A stretch of 64,000 nt of DNA from Roseovarius sp. Lineage in GTDB: Bacteria > Pseudomonadota > Alphaproteobacteria > Rhodobacterales > Rhodobacteraceae. The notes under the pieces were generated by a model. That model was not told the DNA's origin, searched no databases, and saw nothing but the letters and a program-made list of their open reading frames with translations. Below, in pieces: positions 9,678 through 17,846 of the stretch. The DNA lies in assembly GCA_040222155.1 (NCBI GenBank), contig JAVKDQ010000074.1, forward strand, positions 1,946 through 65,945, read 5' to 3'. Position 1 is the stretch's first letter. Every line of letters starts with the position of its first letter. Made by a program: the position numbers and the translations under genes.

Positions 9678-10094
9678 TCAGATTTCATTGGGGTTCTGCA
9701 GATCGGTGCAGCGATATGTCCGGCCGCCGACCGTCACGGTCAGATCGGCATGGTAGGCGCCCGGCGTGCCGCCGAGGCTGGTCTGCCCGAGCGTCACGGT
9801 GCGGCCTTCGCCCACGCTGAACTCGCCCGACTGGTCGATCAGCGCCTGCCCGGCCGCGCTCCGCTGGCGGATGGTGAGGGCATATTCCCCGTAGGCTGCC
9901 TGCCGCGCGCTCACCTTGCCGGAGATCTCCACCGTGCCCCCGAGGTCGCGGGTGACGATGGCGCAGCTGAAGCCGGCCTCCGCCGCGCCCGCCCCGGCCT
10001 CATGCGCGCCGCCCTGGGAGACGGCCCCGAGGCCCGCGAGCGCGGCGCTGGCGGCGAGGATGAGAGGGATTGTCTTGCGTGCTGTGGCGGTCAT
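9678..10094 (-). CDS. csgH: CsgH-family curli assembly/chaperone protein
   Basis: AGGAG SD; signal peptide; one Cys near each end of the mature chain (FSCAI, YRCTD); Ig-like beta-rich core with ALIDQSGEF; lies between two curlin genes, as known for alphaproteobacterial csgH. Confidence 0.75.
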   Translation of the reverse strand: MTATARKTIPLILAASAALAGLGAVSQGGAHEAGAGAAEAGFSCAIVTRDLGGTVEISGKVSARQAAYGEYALTIRQRSAAGQALIDQSGEFSVGEGRTVTLGQTSLGGTPGAYHADLTVTVGGRTYRCTDLQNPNEI

Positions 10095-10168
10095 GGTGTG
10101 GCTCCTTTCGAGAGAGGGGGGCGGCAGGCCCGCGCCCCGCAGGGCGCGCGCCCGAAGGCAGGCTCGGC

Positions 10169-10675
10169 TCAGTCCTGCACGATCACGGCCACGTTGCCGC
10201 GCCCGGTCTGGGTGGTGGTGGCGCGGTTGCCGTTCCCGGCCTGGATCACGCCGATCGCGTTGCAATGGCCGTTCTGGGCGACGCTCGCGCCGTTGTTGCG
10301 GCCGAACTGCGCCACGCCCGCCACGTTGCAATGGCCGTTCTGCGAGGTGACGGCGGCATTGCCCCGGCCCTGCTGGCCCACCACGGTGCGGTTGCGGGTG
10401 CCGTTCTGGCCGGTGAAGATGTCGTTGCGGTGGCCCGATTGCGTGGCGGTCACCGAGTTGCGCCGCCCGTCCTGCGTATGGATCTGCAGGTTGCCGCGCC
10501 CGTTCTGGATGATGTCGAGCCGGTTCAGGCGGCCCCCCTGCTGCGCGCCGATGCTGTGGTTGAAGCCCCACTGCTTGATCGAGACGCGGTTGCTGTCGGC
10601 AAGCGCGGTGGAGGCGGCGCCAACGACGATGAGCAGCGAGAGGGCGGCGGTGCGGAACGTGTAGGTCTTGGTCAT
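10169..10675 (-). CDS. curlin-repeat protein, CsgA-like (putative major amyloid subunit)
   Basis: AAGGA SD; signal peptide ending STALA; 13 consecutive 11-aa N-x5-Q-x-G-x-x half-repeats from SNRVSIKQWGF to GNVAVIVQD. Confidence 0.85.
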   Translation of the reverse strand: MTKTYTFRTAALSLLIVVGAASTALADSNRVSIKQWGFNHSIGAQQGGRLNRLDIIQNGRGNLQIHTQDGRRNSVTATQSGHRNDIFTGQNGTRNRTVVGQQGRGNAAVTSQNGHCNVAGVAQFGRNNGASVAQNGHCNAIGVIQAGNGNRATTTQTGRGNVAVIVQD

Positions 10676-10810
10676 GGCATTGATCCTTCTGAGGTCAGTC
10701 TCGTCTCTGGTGTCGCCAGCGCCGGGGCCCTTTCGAGCGGGGTGCCGCGCTGGCTTGAGAGGAGATTGGGAGCGATGCCGCGAGACAGGCAATAACGCCG
10801 CCCCGTCATG

Positions 10811-10833
10811 CGATAACCGGCGGTGTGTTATCG
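10811..10833. promoter_or_regulatory. inverted repeat CGATAAC-N9-GTTATCG upstream of the curli-like cassette
   Basis: Perfect 7-bp arms, about 135 bp upstream of the csgA-like ATG. Confidence 0.35.
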
Positions 10834-10902
10834 GATATCAAGCGTGAAAATCGTTTTGCGTCAGATGCTTGGAGAAATCCGGAACCACGCGCGCCACATC
10901 CC

Positions 10903-10929
10903 GTAGGGTGGGTTTCAAACCCACCCTAC
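10903..10929. repeat. REP element GTAGGGTGGGTTTCAAACCCACCCTAC
   Basis: GTAG tetranucleotide plus palindrome; same core at 35725-35779; related to the REPs inside the RAYT gene. Confidence 0.85.
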
Positions 10930-10939
10930 CCGGCGGCCT

Positions 10940-11707
10940 TCACTCGAACTGTTCGCGAATGAGCCGTTCCTCGAGCCCGTGGCCCGGATCGAAGAGGATG
11001 CGATGCGCGATCGCCGGCTCCGAGCGGATCTCCACCCAGAGCACGTTCTCCACCCAGCGGCTGTCGGCATCGGCCATCACCGGGCGCTTCTCGGCGTCGA
11101 GCACGTCGAAGCGCACCTCCGCGCTCTTCGGCAGCACCGCGCCCCGCCAGCGCCGGGGGCGGAAGGCCGCCACGGCGGTGAGCGCCAGCACGTCCGAGCC
11201 GATGGGCAGAATGGGCCCGTGCGCCGAGTAGTTATAGGCGGTGGAGCCCGCGGGCGTGGCCAGCAACGCCCCGTCGCAAACCAGCTCCGCCAGCCTTATC
11301 CGCCCGTCCACCGTGATCTTCAGCTTCGCCGCCTGCGGCCCGCCCCGCAGGAGCGAGACCTCGTTGATGGCCAGCGCATGATGCACCTTGCCATCCACCG
11401 TCTGCGCCTTCATCGAGAGCGGGTTCAGCACCTCTTCCACCGCCGCATCGAGCCGGTCGGGCAGGTCGTCCTCGGCATAGTCGTTCATCAGGAAGCCCAC
11501 GGTGCCGCGATGCATGCCGTAAACCGGAATGTCGCGCTCCTGCATCCGGTGGAGCGTCTGCAGCATGAACCCGTCGCCGCCCAGCGCCACGATCACGTCG
11601 GCCTCGTCCTTTGGCACCTGCCCGAAGAGCTCCACCAGCCGCGCGAGCGAGGCCTGGGCTGCGGGCGCATCGCTTGCGGCGAAGGCGATCCTGCGATGGG
11701 CGGCCAT
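10940..11707 (-). CDS. nadK: NAD kinase
   Basis: ALGGDGFML, GTVGFLMN, AINEVSL, DGALLATPAGSTAYNYSAHGP motifs. Confidence 0.95.
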   Translation of the reverse strand: MAAHRRIAFAASDAPAAQASLARLVELFGQVPKDEADVIVALGGDGFMLQTLHRMQERDIPVYGMHRGTVGFLMNDYAEDDLPDRLDAAVEEVLNPLSMKAQTVDGKVHHALAINEVSLLRGGPQAAKLKITVDGRIRLAELVCDGALLATPAGSTAYNYSAHGPILPIGSDVLALTAVAAFRPRRWRGAVLPKSAEVRFDVLDAEKRPVMADADSRWVENVLWVEIRSEPAIAHRILFDPGHGLEERLIREQFE

Positions 11708-11883
11708 GAGCGTTTCCGATCGTCCGTCTTCCGGGCGCATGGGTCACGCCCCGTTCCGTCCTGCGCGAGATATGCCGTTCCTGCAAGGGCTTTTGTCGCT
11801 TTACCCGCTTTCAATGAGCCCTAGTTTCCGATAGGAAATCCCGCCAAAGGTCCACGCATATCTCATTCAGAGGAGCGCTCACC

Positions 11884-13191
11884 ATGCCGCACGACGGAAA
11901 CCAGCCCTTTGAGGGCAAAGACTTTTTCACCCAGTCCCTCGCCGAGCGCGACCCGGAGATCGCCGCCGCCATCGAATCGGAGCTGGGCCGCCAGCGCGAC
12001 GAGATCGAGCTCATCGCCTCCGAGAACATCGTCTCCGCCGCCGTGATGGAGGCGCAAGGCTCGGTGATGACCAACAAATATGCCGAGGGCTACCCCGGCC
12101 GGCGCTACTATGGCGGCTGCCAATATGTCGACATCGCCGAGAACCTCGCCATCGAGCGCGCCAAGCAGCTCTTCGATTGCGGCTTCGCCAACGTCCAGCC
12201 CAACTCGGGCAGCCAGGCCAACCAGGGCGTCTTTACCGCGCTCCTGAAGCCGGGCGACACCATCCTCGGCATGTCGCTCGACGCGGGCGGCCACCTCACC
12301 CACGGCGCCGCGCCCAACCAGTCGGGCAAGTGGTTCAACGCGGTGCAATACGGCGTGCGCAAGCAGGACAACCTCATCGACTACGACCAGGTCGAAGCAC
12401 TGGCGAAAGAGCATAACCCCAAGCTCATCATCGCCGGCGGCTCCGCCATCCCCCGCCAGATCGACTTCGCTAAGATGCGCGAGATCGCCGACATGGTCGG
12501 CGCGTGGCTGCATGTCGACATGGCCCATTTCGCCGGCCTCGTGGCGGCGGGCGAGCACCCCTCGCCCTTCCCCCATGCGCATGTGGCCACCACCACCACG
12601 CACAAAACCCTGCGCGGCCCCCGCGGCGGCATGATCCTCACCAATGACGAGGACATCGCCAAGAAGGTCAACTCCGCCATCTTCCCCGGCATCCAGGGCG
12701 GCCCGCTCATGCACGTGATCGCCGCCAAGGCCGTGGCCTTCGGCGAGGCGCTGCGCCCCGAGTTCAAGGGCTACATCAAGGACGTGATCAGGAACGCGCA
12801 GGCCATGTCCGACCAGCTCATCAAGGGCGGGCTCGACACCGTGACCCACGGCACCGACACCCATGTGCTGCTGGTCGACCTGCGGCCCAAGGGCGTGAAG
12901 GGCAACGACACCGAGAAGGCCCTCGGCCGCGCCCATATCACCTGCAACAAGAACGGCGTGCCCTTCGACCCCGAGAAGCCCACCGTCACCTCCGGCATCC
13001 GCCTCGGCTCGCCCGCCGGCACCACGCGCGGCTTCAAGGAGGCCGAGTTCCGCCAGATCGCCGACTGGATCGTGGAAGTGGTCGATGGCCTCGCCGCGAA
13101 CGGGCCGGATGGCAACTCCGCCGTCGAGGAAAAGGTGAAGGCCGAAGTGGCCGCGCTCTGCGCCCGCTTCCCGCTCTACCCGAACCACTGA
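11884..13191 (+). CDS. glyA: serine hydroxymethyltransferase
   Basis: [43 protein letters not shown] motifs. Confidence 0.98.
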   Translation: MPHDGNQPFEGKDFFTQSLAERDPEIAAAIESELGRQRDEIELIASENIVSAAVMEAQGSVMTNKYAEGYPGRRYYGGCQYVDIAENLAIERAKQLFDCGFANVQPNSGSQANQGVFTALLKPGDTILGMSLDAGGHLTHGAAPNQSGKWFNAVQYGVRKQDNLIDYDQVEALAKEHNPKLIIAGGSAIPRQIDFAKMREIADMVGAWLHVDMAHFAGLVAAGEHPSPFPHAHVATTTTHKTLRGPRGGMILTNDEDIAKKVNSAIFPGIQGGPLMHVIAAKAVAFGEALRPEFKGYIKDVIRNAQAMSDQLIKGGLDTVTHGTDTHVLLVDLRPKGVKGNDTEKALGRAHITCNKNGVPFDPEKPTVTSGIRLGSPAGTTRGFKEAEFRQIADWIVEVVDGLAANGPDGNSAVEEKVKAEVAALCARFPLYPNH

Positions 13192-13211
13192 TCGCTCGAA
13201 AGCGCGTGAAG

Positions 13212-13248
13212 GCGCCGGGGCCCATGCGTGGCCCCGGCGTTTTTTTTT
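13212..13248 (+). terminator. intrinsic terminator of glyA
   Basis: Stem GCGCCGGGGCC/GGCCCCGGCGT followed by a T run. Confidence 0.85.
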
Positions 13249-13297
13249 GTGCCTCGGGGCACTAACCTGATGCGACCCTTGATCCCCCAAGGAACAA

Positions 13298-13441
13298 GCC
13301 GCGCCATCGCTGGGCCGCGGCGCGGCGATCCGACAGGTCTTCAGCAGGGCTTTATGCCAGCCAAATCCGCGAATGATCGGAGCGATGCGCTGCCATCACC
13401 CAATCGCCGGGCCGGGGGGGGCGGCCCAGCGATGGCGCGGC
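13298..13441. mobile_element. 144-bp MITE-like element with perfect 21-bp terminal inverted repeats
   Basis: GCCGCGCCATCGCTGGGCCGC (13298-13318) and its exact reverse complement (13421-13441); no coding capacity; no target-site duplication seen. Confidence 0.5.
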
Positions 13442-13722
13442 GGGGCTGACGCCCCTTGATTCCGCGCCGTGCGCCAAGGGTCACCCTCCTCACACCCCCC
13501 TTTCAACATCTCGTGGCGTTGCGCAGCGCGCGCCACAATAACACCCCGACCCGTGCCAAACGTTACCGACGCAATACCGATGTGATACCGACCCTTTGCA
13601 GACACTCCATTCCCAGCAAAACAAGGCCGTTAACCAACGAATCGCGATAATCGCCCCCGCTCCCGCCCCGGAGCGGCACCTCGCGCTGGACAGCCCCGCC
13701 AATCGCCCCTTTTATACCTCCC

Positions 13723-14613
13723 ATGAGCACGACCCGCCGCCTCGAACGCCGCCTCGGCGACTGGATGCGCGCCCGCCTCCCCTACTGGGCGGCGGAGCTT
13801 GTCATGTTCCTGCTCAAGATGGGCTGGTCGGCGCTCTTCGGCCTCTCGCTGCTCGTGGCCATCATCGCCACCAAGCTGCTCTGGTCGGAGGACATGCCTC
13901 TGCACCGCTACGACCTTCTGGTCATCATCGCCGTGGGGCTGCAGGTGCTCTTTCTCGCCTTCAAGCTCGAGACATGGGCCGAGGCGCGGGTGATCCTCGT
14001 ATTCCACCTCACCGGCACCGCGATGGAGATCTTCAAGGTGCAGGCCGGCTCATGGAGCTACCCCGAGCCCGGCGTGCTCAAACTCTTTGGAATCCCTCTC
14101 TTTTCCGGCTTCATGTATGCCAGCGTCGGCAGCTTCATGGCCCGCACCATCCGCGTCTTCGACATGCGTTTCGCCCCCTACCCGCCCTACTGGGTGACGC
14201 TGCTGCTCGCGGTCGCGATCTATGTGAATTTCTTTGCCCATCACTTCCTGCCCGACATCCGCGTGGCGCTCTTCGCCGCCACGGTCCTGCTCTTCGCCCG
14301 CACCCGAATCTGGTTCCGCACCGGCGATACGCATTACTGGATGCCCCTGCCGCTCTCGGCGCTCCTTTCCGCGCTCTTCCTCTGGGTGGCGGAAAATATC
14401 GGAACGATGACAGGCACTTGGGTCTATTCCGGGCAGGCCCGGCTCGAGCTCGTGAGCCTCGGCAAGCTCGGCTCGTGGTATCTGCTGCTCTACGTGGCCT
14501 TCGTCACCGTCACGCTCGTGGTGCGCAAGCCGCTCAGCCGGGCACCGCTTGTCAGAGAAGACCTGACCACCACAGGAAGAGCAGCACCCCCGCGCCCAGC
14601 AGAAGCAGGTTGA
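13723..14613 (+). CDS. DUF817-family membrane protein
   Basis: Multiple TM segments; RYDLL, FHLTGTAMEIFK, GSWSYPE, PLFSGFMYASVGS, WVAENIGT, KLGSWYLL motifs. Confidence 0.85.
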   Translation: MSTTRRLERRLGDWMRARLPYWAAELVMFLLKMGWSALFGLSLLVAIIATKLLWSEDMPLHRYDLLVIIAVGLQVLFLAFKLETWAEARVILVFHLTGTAMEIFKVQAGSWSYPEPGVLKLFGIPLFSGFMYASVGSFMARTIRVFDMRFAPYPPYWVTLLLAVAIYVNFFAHHFLPDIRVALFAATVLLFARTRIWFRTGDTHYWMPLPLSALLSALFLWVAENIGTMTGTWVYSGQARLELVSLGKLGSWYLLLYVAFVTVTLVVRKPLSRAPLVREDLTTTGRAAPPRPAEAG

Positions 14614-14926
14614 AGACCAGCGCACCGGCGGTTCCGAGGAACGCGTTGAGCCTTTCTTCCTTGCGGTTCACCTTCTTCAGATGCCCCTCCAGCGTGGCGA
14701 AGGCCTCCTCGAGCCGCGCCGCATCGGTGAACCGCGCGAGCTTCGGATGGTCGATATGCCGCCCCGCCTCCACGATCTCGCGGCCCGCGCGGCGCGCCTT
14801 CGGCGGCAGCCGTCGCCCGGCCCTGCGGAGCCGTTTCTCCAGCGTCCGTCCCCGCACGCCAAGCCGCGCCTGCAGCGTCTCGCTCAGCGCCTGCACCCTT
14901 GCGTGATACGTGGCCGGTCCGGTCAT
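14552..14926 (-). CDS. conserved hypothetical protein with C-terminal TM helix
   Basis: RLGVRGRTL...AGRRLP motif and hydrophobic C-terminus; host-like codon usage. Confidence 0.65.
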   Translation of the reverse strand: MTGPATYHARVQALSETLQARLGVRGRTLEKRLRRAGRRLPPKARRAGREIVEAGRHIDHPKLARFTDAARLEEAFATLEGHLKKVNRKEERLNAFLGTAGALVFNLLLLGAGVLLFLWWSGLL

Positions 14927-15016
14927 GCAATGTCTCCCGGCGGCAAGCTTTAGCCCGGCCCGCCGCGAAGCTCAACAGGGCTGGCCTCGCGCCCGAGGCC
15001 CGGCTATCAACGGCCC

Positions 15017-15775
15017 ATGCTGAACGTGATCGAACATGGGATCCCCACCGAGGCCCCGACCCTTCTCATCGCCCATGGTCTCTATGGCTCGGGCCGCAAC
15101 TGGGGTGTCATCGCCAAGCGCCTCTCCGATGCCCGGCAGGTGCTCGCCGTCGACATGCGCAACCACGGCCGCAGCCCCTGGGAGAAGAGCCACGCCTACC
15201 CCGATCTCGCCGCCGATCTCGCGGAGGTGATCGAGGCGCATGGCGGGCCGATGGATGTGCTCGGCCATTCGATGGGTGGCAAGGCCGCCATGGTGCTGGC
15301 GCTCACACGGCCCGAGCTCGTCAACCGCCTGATCGTCGCCGATATCGCGCCGGTGCCCTATTCCCATGACCAGAGCCAGCACATCGCGGCGATGCGGCGG
15401 CTCGACCTCTCGAAGATCGAACGGCGCTCGGACGCGCAGGAAATGCTCGCCGAGCATGTAGAAGACCCAACCCTGCAGAGCTTCTTCCTGCAATCGCTCG
15501 ACGTGAAGGAAGGGCGCTGGCTTCTGAACCTCGACGTTCTCGAAGCCGAGATGCCCAGGATCATCGGTTTCCCGCGGATGGAAGGCGCTTTCGAGGGGGA
15601 TGCGCTCTTTCTCTCCGGGGCCGGGTCGGATTACGTAAGGCGCGAAGATCGCCCTGAAATCAAAAGGCTTTTTCCGAGGGCCCGCTTCGCCAAGATCCCC
15701 GGCGCGGGGCATTGGCTGCACGCGGAGAAGCCGCGCGAATTCGAGGCGGCGGTGCGCGGCTGGTTGTCTGGCTAG
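15017..15775 (+). CDS. alpha/beta hydrolase (YbfF/ABHD11-like esterase)
   Basis: AHGLYGSGRNW, DMRNHGRS, GHSMGGK nucleophile, GAGHWLHAEKP. Confidence 0.92.
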   Translation: MLNVIEHGIPTEAPTLLIAHGLYGSGRNWGVIAKRLSDARQVLAVDMRNHGRSPWEKSHAYPDLAADLAEVIEAHGGPMDVLGHSMGGKAAMVLALTRPELVNRLIVADIAPVPYSHDQSQHIAAMRRLDLSKIERRSDAQEMLAEHVEDPTLQSFFLQSLDVKEGRWLLNLDVLEAEMPRIIGFPRMEGAFEGDALFLSGAGSDYVRREDRPEIKRLFPRARFAKIPGAGHWLHAEKPREFEAAVRGWLSG

Positions 15776-16700
15776 CCCGGGTCCCGGCCCTGTTACGGGT
15801 GACGGCGCGCCCCGCGCCGCCACCCCGCGGCCTTGCTCCGGCCCGGCGCGTAGCCCTTCCGGGATCATGCCCGGTACGCCGGCCTTTTTCCCCAAGACCG
15901 CGACAGAAGACGCCGCCCCGAACCTTCACCCCATAATCATTCCGGTTCGGGCGCCGGGCGGGGTGTCCATCGACCACCCGGCGGCAACGTCTGCCCGGCA
16001 CTGTTGCAAGGCAAGCCACCGCGCGCCTTGATTTCGATCAGGTCGCCTCACGAATGCCCATACCTCGGGCAGGCTGGGCGAATTTGCCATAGGTCTGGGC
16101 GAATTCCGCAAATCCAACGCAAGATCTAGTTGAACGGTGCGCGGCCCGCGTGTAGGAAAGCGGCACAGGTGCAGATAGACGCGGTCGCATTCCTGACGGC
16201 GGGGCTCGCAATACCGGCAAGATCCAGGTGGCGGGCCCCGCTTCGTCTGGAGAGAAATCCATTGAAGAACCCCATAAAATGGGGAAGGCGCCAGGTGCTC
16301 AGACGCGGTCCTCGCATTGCGGCCGAAGCCACTCCCCTGACGCCTTGACCGAACGAACCGCCCCTGGGGGCTCCTCGTGCAGCCTGCCGCGAACCTTTGA
16401 CAGCCCGGGCATGTTTCGCTTCCGCCGGCCTCTGGAGGCCTGCTTCCGCGCCCCGCCTCAACCTGCGTCACTGGCCCGGTGATAGCGCCGCGAAGGCTCT
16501 TTCTCCGACCGGCCAGCCACACTCCCTCGCTCTTCGCTTCCAGCTTCTCCACGTGAAGTGGCGTCGCCTTGACGTGTCGCTCGGGCTTGGGCCTCGGCGC
16601 CGGTTTGGTCTCTTTCGATCTCGCCCCGGTAATAAAACTGTTACGTGGGCCGGTGAGTCGCGCAAGAAAATAGCACTGCAGCATTGAAAATAGCTGTGGA

Positions 16701-16716
16701 TTAAACGGTTGATAAC
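16701..16716. promoter_or_regulatory. CtrA-like box TTAA-N7-ATAAC
   Basis: One mismatch to TTAA-N7-TTAAC, inside an AT-rich patch (16630-16760) that also carries a GAAAATAGC direct repeat. Confidence 0.45.
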
Positions 16717-16898
16717 TCTTCGAAAATTCTGGGGATACCTGCCGGAAAATCCTGTAATTCTGCCAGCTTGCGAGAACTATCGCGGCAGCGTCTTCGCCCC
16801 CGCCGACGATCGGCGCTTTTCTGCGCCTGCAAACGCGTTCAGGCGGCTTTCGAGGGTTTTTCACCGCACATCCGCCATCCTTCCGGCGGTTGAAACCC

Positions 16899-17075
16899 TC
16901 AGTCGCGCATCCTCCGCGCCACCGCCCAGGACAGGGGGAAGGCCACGGCGAACCCCACGACAACGGCAATCAGAAAGGCGCCGGGCGTATCCTGCCCCAA
17001 GATGAGCGCAACGATCACCGCACTACCGGCAAGGGTGGACCCGATGAAGAGATGCAGAACGAATATGAGCCACAT
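16899..17075 (-). CDS. small two-TM membrane protein
   Basis: MWLIFVLHLFIGSTLAGSAVIVALILG...GFAVAFPLSWAVARRMRD; I recall this as a conserved Rhodobacterales small-protein pattern. Confidence 0.7.
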   Translation of the reverse strand: MWLIFVLHLFIGSTLAGSAVIVALILGQDTPGAFLIAVVVGFAVAFPLSWAVARRMRD

Positions 17076-17237
17076 GGCAGGCCTCCGGTGCACGCGTCTT
17101 TGCCTCTGCGCAACCTGTTACCGCAGAGCGGCGCGGCGCGGCTTGATCTGGGTCAGCGGAGGGCAATTCGGCGGGCACCGTCTCATGATCCTTTCGGATT
17201 TAACCCCGCCTTTACCATCCTGTCGTCAGAATGGGTC

Positions 17238-17798
17238 ATGGCACGATATCTCAGGCCCCGGGTCGCCGGGGCAACCATCTTCTTCTCCGTCCATCTCGCC
17301 CGGCGCGGGTCGACCCTGCTCACCGACGAGATCGGCGCATTGCGCGCCGCTGTCCGGCAAACGCGGGCGGAGCGGCCTTTCGAGATCGACGCCTGGGTGG
17401 TCCTGCCGGATCATCTTCATGCCCTCTGGTCCCTGCCGGAGGGCGATGCGGATTACGGCACGCGATGGGGTGCGATCACGGCCCGCTTCACGCGAAGCCT
17501 GCGCGACCGATGTAGGGTGGGGTACAACCCCACCCTCGCCAAGGCCGAAGGGCACACGGTGGGGTGGAACCCCACCCTACACCGCTCGGCGAGCAAGGTC
17601 GCGAAAGGCGACGCGGGGATATGGCAAAGGCGGTTCTGGGAGCACCACATCAGAGACGAGGCGGATTACCGCGCGCACCTGCGGCATTGCTGGGAGAACC
17701 CGGTGAAACATGGGCTCGTCAAACGGCCGGAGGAGTGGCTCTATTCCAGCGTGCACCGCGATGCGCTCCTCGCGCGGGAGAGGGAACCGGCCGAGTGA
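17238..17798 (+). mobile_element. REP-associated tyrosine transposase (RAYT, IS200/Y1 HUH family), probably catalytically impaired
   Basis: MARYLRP...FFSV, PFEIDAWVVLPDHLHALW (HUH), IWQRRFWEHHIRD, NPVKHGLV, WLYSSVHRD align with E. coli TnpA-REP; the Tyr115-equivalent is His (CAT at 17685-17687). Confidence 0.9.
17512..17580. repeat. inverted REP doublet (REPIN) inside the RAYT CDS
   Basis: GTAGGGTGGGGTACAACCCCACC at 17512 and GGTGGGGTGGAACCCCACCCTAC ending at 17580; span 69 bp = 23 codons. Confidence 0.8.
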
Positions 17799-17846
17799 TA
17801 CTCCCTGGAAAGGCCGGGCAAGCCCCACCTCACAAGGCGTCTCGCC

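Noticed and set aside
9678-10571. 297-aa ORF as a single curlin-CsgH fusion
   Set aside because: The upstream part is an off-frame reading of the csgA-like gene; csgH has its own AGGAG SD and signal peptide at 10094
16230-16345. Glycine riboswitch-like words (CTGGAGAGA...CCGAAG)
   Set aside because: Spacing and the CTCTCAGG element do not fit, there is no tandem aptamer, and no glycine-related gene lies downstream
16136-16640. Group II intron (GTGCG start), RNase P RNA or two-piece tmRNA
   Set aside because: No domain V/VI, no GAGGAAAGTCC core, and no tmRNA acceptor or tag sequence found by eye
15926-16969. 347-aa minus-strand ORF across the unexplained gap
   Set aside because: Non-ATG start, no SD, atypical composition, runs through the AT-rich promoter patch, and has no recognisable domain
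16899-17075. CTP synthetase label that I recall being applied to this small-protein family
   Set aside because: A 58-aa hydrophobic peptide has no synthetase or glutaminase motifs
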